In this document: positions 17,653 to 24,458 of the stretch, piece after piece | Layout of the letters: each line of letters starts with the position of its first letter | Position numbering within the stretch: the first letter of the stretch is position 1 | Origin: an uncultured Solirubrobacteraceae bacterium | GTDB taxonomy: Bacteria > Actinomycetota > Thermoleophilia > Solirubrobacterales > Solirubrobacteraceae | NCBI GenBank assembly: GCA_964588985.1 | Contig: CAZPQW010000007.1 | Location: forward strand, 108,319 to 132,776 | Direction: 5' to 3' | Length of the DNA stretch: 24,458 bases | Made by a program: the position numbers and the translations under genes | The notes under the pieces: model-generated | What the model saw: the letters and a program-made list of their open reading frames with translations, nothing else | Told to the model about the DNA's origin: nothing | Database searches by the model: none

Positions 17653-17670
17653 TGTAAACGGATTGTGAAA
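17653..17670 (-). promoter_or_regulatory. PHO-box-like direct repeat upstream of the response regulator
   Basis: Minus strand reads TTTCACA-ATCC-GTTTACA (11-nt period) in an AT-rich intergenic region. Confidence 0.7.
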
Positions 17671-17719
17671 ACAGCCCTCAGGAGCCCCGAAACACGGGCC
17701 CCACGCCGCGGACGTCAGC

Positions 17720-17738
17720 CCGGCCGCACCTCGGCCGG
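17720..17738 (-). terminator. GC hairpin just downstream of the DUF47 gene
   Basis: CCGGCCG-N5-CGGCCGG, 15 nt past the stop codon; no U-tract. Confidence 0.3.
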
Positions 17739-17753
17739 ACCGCCCTCAGCGTC

Positions 17754-18389
17754 TCAGCGGCTCCGACGTCGCCGCTTGAGCGTGATGCCCTCGAGCACGT
17801 GCGCGACGGTCTCGCACGCGTCCACCGCCGCCTCGAGCGTCTCGAAGATGTCCTTCCAGCGGATCACCACCATCGGGTCGATGCCGCCCGCGAACAGCGA
17901 CGCGACGCCGTCGCGCTGCAGGCGATCGCCCTCGTTCTCGAGACGGTGGATCTCCACCAGATGCGGCCCGAGCTCGGTGTCCGTGCGCAGGCAGCGCAGC
18001 GCCTGCGCGATCTGCTCCCCGGCGCCCACCAGCACCTGCGTGAACTCCACCGCCTGCTCCATCGGCGCCTCCACCCCGTACAGGCCCAGCTGCGCCGCCG
18101 CGTGCTCGGAGTGGTCGACTATGTCATCCAGGGCTGTCGCGAGGGCGTAGCCGTCGCCGGCGCTGAACGGAGCGCGCACGCGCCCGCGTCCGGCCAGCCG
18201 GTGGATGATGTCGTGGGTGATGCGATCGCCGTCCTGCTCGCACACCTTCAGGTCCTGAGCCAACGTGCTGTGCTCGGGGTAGTCCTTGAGCAGGTCGTGC
18301 AGCAGCAGCCCGCACTTCTGCACGTTGCGCCCCGACTCCTCCACGAGGTCCATCAGGATCGGGTCGACGCCCGGGCGCAGAAAGCTCAT
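17754..18389 (-). CDS. DUF47 family protein (PhoU-like, Pit-accessory type)
   Basis: EQDGDRITHDII, LATALDDIVD, IHRLENEGD, VIRWKDIFETLEAAVDACETVAHVLEGI. ATG 18389 preferred (211 aa) because TATCCT lies 7 nt upstream. Confidence 0.9.
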   Translation of the reverse strand: MSFLRPGVDPILMDLVEESGRNVQKCGLLLHDLLKDYPEHSTLAQDLKVCEQDGDRITHDIIHRLAGRGRVRAPFSAGDGYALATALDDIVDHSEHAAAQLGLYGVEAPMEQAVEFTQVLVGAGEQIAQALRCLRTDTELGPHLVEIHRLENEGDRLQRDGVASLFAGGIDPMVVIRWKDIFETLEAAVDACETVAHVLEGITLKRRRRSR

Positions 18390-18428
18390 CTGCGCGAGGA
18401 TATTGACACGCGCGAGCGGCCGCACCGC

Positions 18429-18472
18429 CTTTACGGATTCTTCACGGTTAGATCACGAGTTTGCAACGCCTT
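18429..18472 (+). promoter_or_regulatory. Four-unit 11-nt PHO-box-like array between the divergent DUF47 and wHTH genes
   Basis: CTTTACGGATT / CTTCACGGTTA / GATCACGAGTT / TGCAACGCCTT starting at 18429, 18440, 18451 and 18462. Confidence 0.78.
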
Positions 18473-18501
18473 CCCATATCTGACATGCGACGCTTCGCGT
18501 C

Positions 18502-18876
18502 GTGGCGGCTTACCCCGAAAGCGCGGACCTTCCGGCTGACATCCTCTATGCGGGCGAGCTCGAGATCAGACTCGAAGAGGGTCTGGTGCTCGCCACCGGA
18601 CGGGCCCTCACGCTCTCGGTGAGAGAGTTCGAACTACTCGTCGCGATGGCCAGGCGACTCGGCGCGATCATAACGCGCGAGGAGCTCTACAGGAACGTCT
18701 GGAGCGGGGAGCTGCGCCCGGGCGATCGCTCGGTGGACGTCTATGTGAGCAAGCTGCGCAGCAAGCTCGAGACCGCACTGCCGGATCGCCGCTTCATCCA
18801 CACCCACCCTGGCTTTGGATACAGATTTCAACCCGAGCCTTCACGATTTGTTCACATGGAGACCACCGGCGGTTGA
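18502..18876 (+). CDS. Stand-alone OmpR/PhoB-type winged-helix DNA-binding protein (no receiver)
   Basis: 124 aa: LTLSVREFELL, ITREELYRNVW, DRSVDVYVSKLRSKLE, IHTHPGFGYRF. Confidence 0.88.
   Translation: MAAYPESADLPADILYAGELEIRLEEGLVLATGRALTLSVREFELLVAMARRLGAIITREELYRNVWSGELRPGDRSVDVYVSKLRSKLETALPDRRFIHTHPGFGYRFQPEPSRFVHMETTGG
18839..18856 (+). promoter_or_regulatory. PHO-box-like repeat upstream of pstS2, inside the 3' end of the wHTH gene
   Basis: CTTCACG (18839) and GTTCACA (18850), 11 nt apart and about 105 nt before the pstS start. Confidence 0.72.
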
Positions 18877-18960
18877 AAAGACTGTGTCATGGCACGCCGG
18901 AAGGCGGAGAGGCGCGTGCTCAATGCACCGTCAAACGACAAACCAGCCAGAGGAGACGCA

Positions 18961-20109
18961 GTGATCAAGAACAAGATGAGCGCGCTCGCAGGTTGCGCCG
19001 TGCTCGCGTTGGGCCTCGCAGCATGCGGAAGCTCCAGCACCAGCAGCACCAGCAGTTCGACCGCAAGCACGCCAAGCACAACATCGAGCGCCAGTTCGAA
19101 GACCGCCACCACTCCCCCCACCGGAGCGGGAACGATCTCCGGCGCCGGCTCCACGTTCGCAGCGCCCGTCTATGAACAGTGGGCCTCCGCCCAGTCTGGC
19201 CTGACGGTCAACTACCAGGCGGTCGGCTCGGGAGCCGGCATCACCGCCCTGGAGAGCAAGATCGTCGACTTCGGCGCCAGCGACCCGCCGCTCAAGCCCG
19301 CCGACGAAGAATCGATCGCCAAGAACGGCAGCCCCGCTGTCCAGATCCCGATGTTCCTCGGGGCGATCACCGTCTCTTACAACCTCCCCGGCGTCAAGAG
19401 CGGCCTCAAGCTCGACGGCAAGACGCTCGGCGACATCTTCCTCGGCAAGGTCAAGACCTGGGACGACGCGGAGATCAAGGCGCTGAACCCGGGCGTGAGC
19501 CTGCCGAGCACCGCGATCACGATCATCCACCGCTCGGACTCGTCGGGAACGACCGCCGGCTTCACCGGATTCCTCGCCGCGGTCGACCCCGAATTCAAGA
19601 GCAAGGTCGGCGAAGGCAAGGAAGTGCCGTGGCCCACGGGTACCGGCGCCAAGGGCAACGCGGGCGTCGCCGGAGCGGTCAAGCAGACCGTCGGCGCCGT
19701 CGGCTACGTCGAGCAGGCATACGCACTGCAGAACGGCTTCACCTACGCGGCGATCAAGAACAAGGCCGGCGCGTTCGTCTCCCCGACCCTCGCCTCCGCG
19801 ACCGCGGCGGCTCAGGGCGTGAAGATCCCGGCGAACCTCGGCGTGAAGATCAGCAACCCCGCGGGAGCGGCCAGCTACCCGATCACCTCGCAGACGTTCG
19901 TGATCGTCAACAAGGACCTCTGCAAGGCGGGCACCCCCGGTGGCGAAGAAGCCGCCAAGGGCGTCGTGAAGTTCCTGCAGTACGGCCTCGGCGCGGGCCA
20001 GTCGATCCTCTCGCAGGCCGACTACGCCGCCCTGCCCGCCGCGATCGCCGCGAAGTCCAAGGCGGCGGTTGCGGGCCTCGAATGCAACGGCTCGCCGATC
20101 GGCGGCTGA
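18961..20109 (+). CDS. pstS: Phosphate-binding lipoprotein PstS (E. coli/mycobacterial type)
   Basis: GTG 18961 follows an AGGAG RBS. Lipobox LAAC, Ser/Thr linker, GAGSTFAAPVY, YQAVGSGAG, DFGASD, HRSDSSGTT, GAVGYVE, YPI. Confidence 0.95.
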   Translation: MIKNKMSALAGCAVLALGLAACGSSSTSSTSSSTASTPSTTSSASSKTATTPPTGAGTISGAGSTFAAPVYEQWASAQSGLTVNYQAVGSGAGITALESKIVDFGASDPPLKPADEESIAKNGSPAVQIPMFLGAITVSYNLPGVKSGLKLDGKTLGDIFLGKVKTWDDAEIKALNPGVSLPSTAITIIHRSDSSGTTAGFTGFLAAVDPEFKSKVGEGKEVPWPTGTGAKGNAGVAGAVKQTVGAVGYVEQAYALQNGFTYAAIKNKAGAFVSPTLASATAAAQGVKIPANLGVKISNPAGAASYPITSQTFVIVNKDLCKAGTPGGEEAAKGVVKFLQYGLGAGQSILSQADYAALPAAIAAKSKAAVAGLECNGSPIGG

Positions 20110-20150
20110 GCACATGACAAGAACCTCCCGGATCAGGTAGACAAGGGTCC

Positions 20151-21176
20151 GTGGAGGCAGCATCGATCCCAGGCGGCGACCGCGCACTTCCAGCGCGGTC
20201 GCCGCTGGCGCGTCTGCCGGACAAGCTCCTCAGGTACGCGCTGACGCTGCTCGCGGGGCTGATCCTCGCGCTGATCGTCTTCTTCTTCGTCCGTCTCGTC
20301 GGCGAAGCGCGCCCCGCCTTCGCCAAGGCCGGGGTCCTCGGCTTCGCGTTCGACAACAACTGGACCCCGAGCGCCGAACGCTTCGGCGCCCTGCCGCTCG
20401 TCCTCGGCACGCTGATCACGTCGTCGCTCGCGCTGATCATCGGCGTGCCGATAGCGATCGCCACCGCGATCTACGCGACCGAGCTGTGCCCGATCCGCCT
20501 GCGCACCGGGCTCACCGTCCTCGTCGAGCTGCTCGCGGCGGTGCCGTCGGTCGTCTACGGCCTGTGGGGGATCTTCTTCCTCGCGCCCAAGCTGCAGGGC
20601 ACTGAGCAGTGGTTCGCCGATCGGCTCTCATTCATTCCGTTCATCGGCGGTGGCCTGGTGACGATCCCCAACTACTTCATCACCGGTCTCGTGCTCGCGA
20701 TCATGATCCTCCCGATCGTCAGCGCGATCAGCCGCGAGGTCATGAGCACGGTGCCCGCCGATCACAAGGAAGCGGCGCTCGGCCTCGGCGCGACGCGCTG
20801 GGAGATGATCCGCATCGCCGTCGTCCCCTACTGCCGCGCGGGGATCGTCGGCGGCGCGATGCTCGGCCTCGGGCGCGCGATCGGCGAGACGATCGCCGTC
20901 ACGATCCTGATCGGCGACGCGCCCAAACTCGGCAGCCAGCTGTTCGGCCAGGGCTACAGCCTCGCGGCCGTGGTCGCGAACGAGTTCGGCGAGGCCCAGG
21001 GCGTGCACCGCTCGGCGCTGTTCGCCGCGGGGCTCGTGCTGTTCGTGCTCACGCTGCTCGTCAACGGCGTCGCTCGCGGGCTCGTCGTGCGCTCGGCCCG
21101 CAGCACCCGGCAGAGCGGCCCAACCCCGGGCATGGGCGCGAGCGTCCTCGTCGCGGACACGGCGGCCGGCGCATGA
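20151..21176 (+). CDS. pstC: Phosphate ABC transporter permease PstC
   Basis: FGALPLVLGTL, ELLAAVPSVVYGLWG, KEAALGLGATRWE, LGLGRAIGETIAV, ANEFGEA. Confidence 0.95.
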   Translation: MEAASIPGGDRALPARSPLARLPDKLLRYALTLLAGLILALIVFFFVRLVGEARPAFAKAGVLGFAFDNNWTPSAERFGALPLVLGTLITSSLALIIGVPIAIATAIYATELCPIRLRTGLTVLVELLAAVPSVVYGLWGIFFLAPKLQGTEQWFADRLSFIPFIGGGLVTIPNYFITGLVLAIMILPIVSAISREVMSTVPADHKEAALGLGATRWEMIRIAVVPYCRAGIVGGAMLGLGRAIGETIAVTILIGDAPKLGSQLFGQGYSLAAVVANEFGEAQGVHRSALFAAGLVLFVLTLLVNGVARGLVVRSARSTRQSGPTPGMGASVLVADTAAGA

Positions 21177-22069
21177 GCGCACAGGCGCCCACCGGGGACC
21201 TGATGGCGCGCTTCGGCGTGAGCGCGGCACGCAGGCGCAAGGACCGGGTCGCTCGCGGGACGATCCTCGCGGCGACGATCGTCGCCCTGATCCCGCTCGT
21301 GCTGATCGTCTACTACCTGCTCAGCAAGGGCCTCGGCGCGTGGAGCTCGAGCTTCTTCACCACCGACCCCACGGGCAACACGTTCTTCAAATCGGAGAGC
21401 ATCGGCGGCATCAAGAGCGCGATCCTCGGCACGGTCGAGATGGTCGCGCTCGCCTCCGCGATCTCCGTGCCCGTCGGCGTCGGCGTCGCGATCTGGCTCG
21501 TGGAGTACGGCAAGAGCAGCTGGTTCGCCCACACCGTGCGCTTCTTCGTCGACGTGCTCACCGGCGTCCCGTCGATCGTCTTCGGCCTGTTCATCTACAT
21601 CGTGCTGATCGTCGGCACCGGCAGCTCTTTCGCCGGCTACAAGGGCTCGCTCGCGCTGTCGCTGCTGATGCTCCCGGTCGTGATCCGCTCGGCCGAGGTG
21701 ATCCTGCTGCTCGTGCCCTCCGGGCTGCGCGAGTCCGCGCTCGCGCTCGGCGCACCCCGCTGGAAGGTGATCTTCAGCATCGTCCTGCCGACCGCCCTGC
21801 CGGGGATGGTCACCGGGATGCTGCTCGCCGTCGCGCGCGCAGCCGGCGAGACGGCGCCGCTGTTGTTCACCGCCGCGTCCACCAAGGCCACCAGCTTCAA
21901 CCTGAGCGGGTTCATGAACTCGCTGCCTGTACAAATCTACGGTGACGTCACATCGCCGACCACAGCCGTCGTGAACCGCGCCTGGGGAGCCGCTCTGACT
22001 CTTGTTGTCATGATCCTGGCGCTCAACCTCCTCGCCCGCCTGATCTCACGAAGGAGCCGCCTTGCATAA
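21173..22069 (+). CDS. pstA: Phosphate ABC transporter permease PstA
   Basis: ATG 21173 (ATGA overlap). [52 protein letters not shown]. Confidence 0.95.
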   Translation: MSAQAPTGDLMARFGVSAARRRKDRVARGTILAATIVALIPLVLIVYYLLSKGLGAWSSSFFTTDPTGNTFFKSESIGGIKSAILGTVEMVALASAISVPVGVGVAIWLVEYGKSSWFAHTVRFFVDVLTGVPSIVFGLFIYIVLIVGTGSSFAGYKGSLALSLLMLPVVIRSAEVILLLVPSGLRESALALGAPRWKVIFSIVLPTALPGMVTGMLLAVARAAGETAPLLFTAASTKATSFNLSGFMNSLPVQIYGDVTSPTTAVVNRAWGAALTLVVMILALNLLARLISRRSRLA

Positions 22070-22892
22070 GCTGCAGACAGTGAGCCCGGCGACCGCAGCC
22101 CCGCCAGCCAAAGACAGCCCCGCCGTCGTGACCAAGCCCGGCCTGAGCGTTCGTCTCGAGCAGCTGCGCGCCTTCTACGGCGACGCCGAACAGGTCAAGG
22201 GCGTCGACCTAGAGTTCCGCGCCAACGAGGTCACCGCGATCATCGGCCCGTCTGGCTGCGGCAAGTCGACGATGATCCGCTGCATCAACCGCATGCACGA
22301 GGAGATCCCCGGCGCGCACGCCGAGGGTCGCGTGCTGCTCGACGACACCGACGTTTACGGGTCGGGGGTCGACGTGGTGGCGGTGCGCCGCGCGATCGGC
22401 ATGGTCTTCCAGAAACCGAACCCCTTCCCCACGATGTCCGTATACGACAACGTCGCCGCGGGCCTGCGCCTGAGCGCCCAGCGCGGCGGCGACATGCGCG
22501 CCAAGGTCGAGGCCGCGCTGCGCGGCGCGGGCCTGTGGAGCGAGGTCGAGGATCGCCTGAACGAGCCCGGCGCGGGACTTTCAGGAGGCCAGCAGCAGCG
22601 GCTGTGCATCGCGCGCTCGCTCGCGGTCGGCCCCGAGGTGCTGCTGATGGACGAGCCCTGCTCGGCCCTGGACCCGGTGGCGACGCTGAAGATCGAGGAG
22701 TTGATCGACGAGCTCAAGAACCGCGTGACGATCGTGATCGTCACGCACAACATGCAGCAGGCCGCACGCGTGGCCGACCGCACCGCGTTCATGCTCGACG
22801 GCAAGCTCGTCGAGGTCGGGCCGACGCAGGAGATCTTCACCAAACCCACCGATCCGCGAACCGAGGAATATGTCACCGGAAAGTTCGGCTAA
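22062..22892 (+). CDS. pstB: Phosphate ABC transporter ATPase PstB
   Basis: TTG start after [62 protein letters not shown]. Confidence 0.96.
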   Translation: MHKLQTVSPATAAPPAKDSPAVVTKPGLSVRLEQLRAFYGDAEQVKGVDLEFRANEVTAIIGPSGCGKSTMIRCINRMHEEIPGAHAEGRVLLDDTDVYGSGVDVVAVRRAIGMVFQKPNPFPTMSVYDNVAAGLRLSAQRGGDMRAKVEAALRGAGLWSEVEDRLNEPGAGLSGGQQQRLCIARSLAVGPEVLLMDEPCSALDPVATLKIEELIDELKNRVTIVIVTHNMQQAARVADRTAFMLDGKLVEVGPTQEIFTKPTDPRTEEYVTGKFG

Positions 22893-23655
22893 CGCCGGAG
22901 AACGACGCCCGCCGGCCGAGCCGGCGGCCGACCCGCAGACACACCCCTCGCCAGACGGCTCGCGCGGGCGCGCGCACTTCCAGGCCCAGCTGCGAGAGCT
23001 CGAGGAGCACGCGCTCGGAGGCCTGGACCTGATCGTCGAGCAGCTCGACCGCGTGCTGGAGGCGCTCGAGCACCAGGACGTGGAGCTCGCGCAGATGGTG
23101 ATCGCCGACGACGACCGCGTCGACGGGCGCTACCTGGAGGTCCACCAGGGCATCCTCTCGCTGCTCGCGCTGCAGGCGCCTGTGGCGGGCGACCTGCGAC
23201 TCGTCGCGGCGCTACTGCACACGATCAAGCACATCGAGCGCATGGGCGATCAATGCGTGAACATCGCCAAGATGATCCCGCTCTCCGGCTACGAGCCGCC
23301 CGTCCACGGCGAACTGCTCGAAGCGCTCGCGAAGATGGGCGCGTTCGCGCGCTCGGAGGTCGTCCAGTGCAAGGCAGCTTTCGCCGGACGCGACATCGCG
23401 CTGGCCGAGGATCTCGTGCGCCAGGACCGCGAAATAAACCGCCTCAACCGCGAGATATTCCGGCTGGCGATCGAAATCGGCGACGACCCCGACACCCGCG
23501 AGTGGGCGATGCACATGACGCTCGTGGCGCGCGCGCTGGAGCGCGTCGGGGACAACGCGGTCGACATCGGCGAGCAGGTCGCGTTCGTCGTCACGGGCCT
23601 GTTCCGCGAGTTCTCGGACTCCTCGCGCCCCCCCGGCGCACCCGCCGGCTCCTGA
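22870..23655 (+). CDS. phoU: Phosphate signalling protein PhoU
   Basis: [50 protein letters not shown]; directly after pstB. Confidence 0.95.
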   Translation: MSPESSANAGERRPPAEPAADPQTHPSPDGSRGRAHFQAQLRELEEHALGGLDLIVEQLDRVLEALEHQDVELAQMVIADDDRVDGRYLEVHQGILSLLALQAPVAGDLRLVAALLHTIKHIERMGDQCVNIAKMIPLSGYEPPVHGELLEALAKMGAFARSEVVQCKAAFAGRDIALAEDLVRQDREINRLNREIFRLAIEIGDDPDTREWAMHMTLVARALERVGDNAVDIGEQVAFVVTGLFREFSDSSRPPGAPAGS

Positions 23656-23680
23656 CGCGCCGCAAATAGCGCTCTCGCCC

Positions 23681-23741
23681 TGTGAACATCGTGTTACGTT
23701 TGGTTGCAATCCTGTTCGGAGTGTCTCCGATCCCCTACACT
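23681..23741. promoter_or_regulatory. PHO-box-like pair (minus orientation) and TACACT -10 element upstream of the second response regulator
   Basis: TGTGAAC (23681) and TGTTACG (23692) are 11 nt apart. TACACT at 23736-23741 lies 8 nt before ATG 23750. Confidence 0.6.
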
Positions 23742-23749
23742 CCGCCCCG

Positions 23750-24458
23750 ATGACGGCAAGCGTGCGCGCCGAAGCCATGGGGGGCTCATCAGCTACTCCC
23801 GACGGATCGGCCTCTTCCTCAGCAGCTCTGCGTATCGCCGTCCTCGATCGCGACAGCGGCTTCATCCAGGTCCTCTCGAAGCGCCTGGACCGCCTCAGCT
23901 GGGAGCACCGCGTGCTCGCCAGCCCCGTCCCACCGGAGGCCGTCGTGGCGATGCGCCTGAGCGCCCTGGTCGTGGATCTGACCGTGCTCGGCCCGCAGGC
24001 GTGGACGTGGCTCGAGCGCCTCTGCGAAGCGCTGCCGGAGCTCGGCATCGTCGTCTGCACCGGCCCCTCCACCGTCGCCCAGCGAGTCCGCGGGCTGCGC
24101 CTCGGCGCCGACGACTGGATCACCAAGCCCTGCCACCCGGAGGAAGTGATCGCGCGCGTTCAGAGCGTAGTGCGACGCCGCCGGCGCAGCGCCACCAGGA
24201 CCGAGAGCGCGCCGGTACAGGCGGGCGAGGTCGAGATCCGCGCGGACCGCTTCCAGGCGTTCGTCGGCGAGCAGAGCATCGACCTCACCAGGCGCGAGTT
24301 CGAGCTGATCGAGCTGCTCGCCTCGGCCGAGGGCCGCGTGCTCGAGCGCGAGGAGATCTACTCCCGGCTGTGGGGCTACACGATGGTGCGCGGCGACCGC
24401 TCGGTCGACGTGTTCGTGCGCAAGCTCCGCCAGAAGCTCGAGAAGGCCTCGCCGAAAT
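23750..24458 (+). CDS. OmpR/PhoB-family response regulator, paralogue of 16672..17565; truncated by the right edge
   Basis: Absent from the ORF track. Manual translation: MTASVRAEAMGG...LRIAVLDRDSGFIQVLSKR...LVVDL...IVVCTG...GADDWITKPCHPEE...LTRREFEL...DRSVDVFVRKLRQKLEKASPK, open to the end of the window. Confidence 0.92.
   Translation, partial: MTASVRAEAMGGSSATPDGSASSSAALRIAVLDRDSGFIQVLSKRLDRLSWEHRVLASPVPPEAVVAMRLSALVVDLTVLGPQAWTWLERLCEALPELGIVVCTGPSTVAQRVRGLRLGADDWITKPCHPEEVIARVQSVVRRRRRSATRTESAPVQAGEVEIRADRFQAFVGEQSIDLTRREFELIELLASAEGRVLEREEIYSRLWGYTMVRGDRSVDVFVRKLRQKLEKASPK

Noticed and set aside
19030-19125. Short AGCACC/CAAGCAC repeats in pstS2
   Set aside because: They simply encode the ordinary Ser/Thr-rich linker after the lipobox.
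900-22876. Many long alternative-frame and antisense ORFs (e.g. 900..2792+, 4888..6942+, 10057..11988+, 12984..14030-, 18931..20187-)
   Set aside because: They shadow well-supported genes, are Arg/Ala/Gly-rich without recognisable motifs, and are expected from stop-codon scarcity in high-GC DNA.
1-24458. tRNA/rRNA, CRISPR array, IS/integrase or horizontally acquired island
   Set aside because: No such motifs or repeat-spacer arrays were seen; coding GC looks uniform and AT-rich patches are confined to promoter regions.

Overview
High-GC (about 70% by eye) actinobacterial-type DNA; protein style suggests Thermoleophilia/Solirubrobacterales (inference). The whole window reads as a phosphate-starvation (Pho) island. 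The right part holds two complete pstSCAB operons with different PstS subfamilies, phoU, a DUF47 (PhoU-like) gene, two paralogous OmpR/PhoB-family response regulators with atypical receiver domains and a stand-alone PhoB-type winged-helix protein. No sensor kinase is visible. PHO-box-like (G/C/T)TTCAC(A/G) repeats at 11-nt spacing sit upstream of every predicted transcription unit. Divergent from the first pst operon is a tightly coupled six-gene minus-strand operon: a variant FtsH, then five uncharacterised exported proteins (a C-type-lectin/FGE-fold protein, a PKD protein, a 7-repeat TolB-like propeller and two further propeller-like proteins, the last >885 aa and running off the left edge). 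The first pst operon is itself unusual, with a non-lipidated PstS and an extra coupled lipoprotein. The FtsH operon plus this variant pst operon is the best candidate for an undescribed system. No RNA genes, mobile elements or CRISPR arrays were seen.
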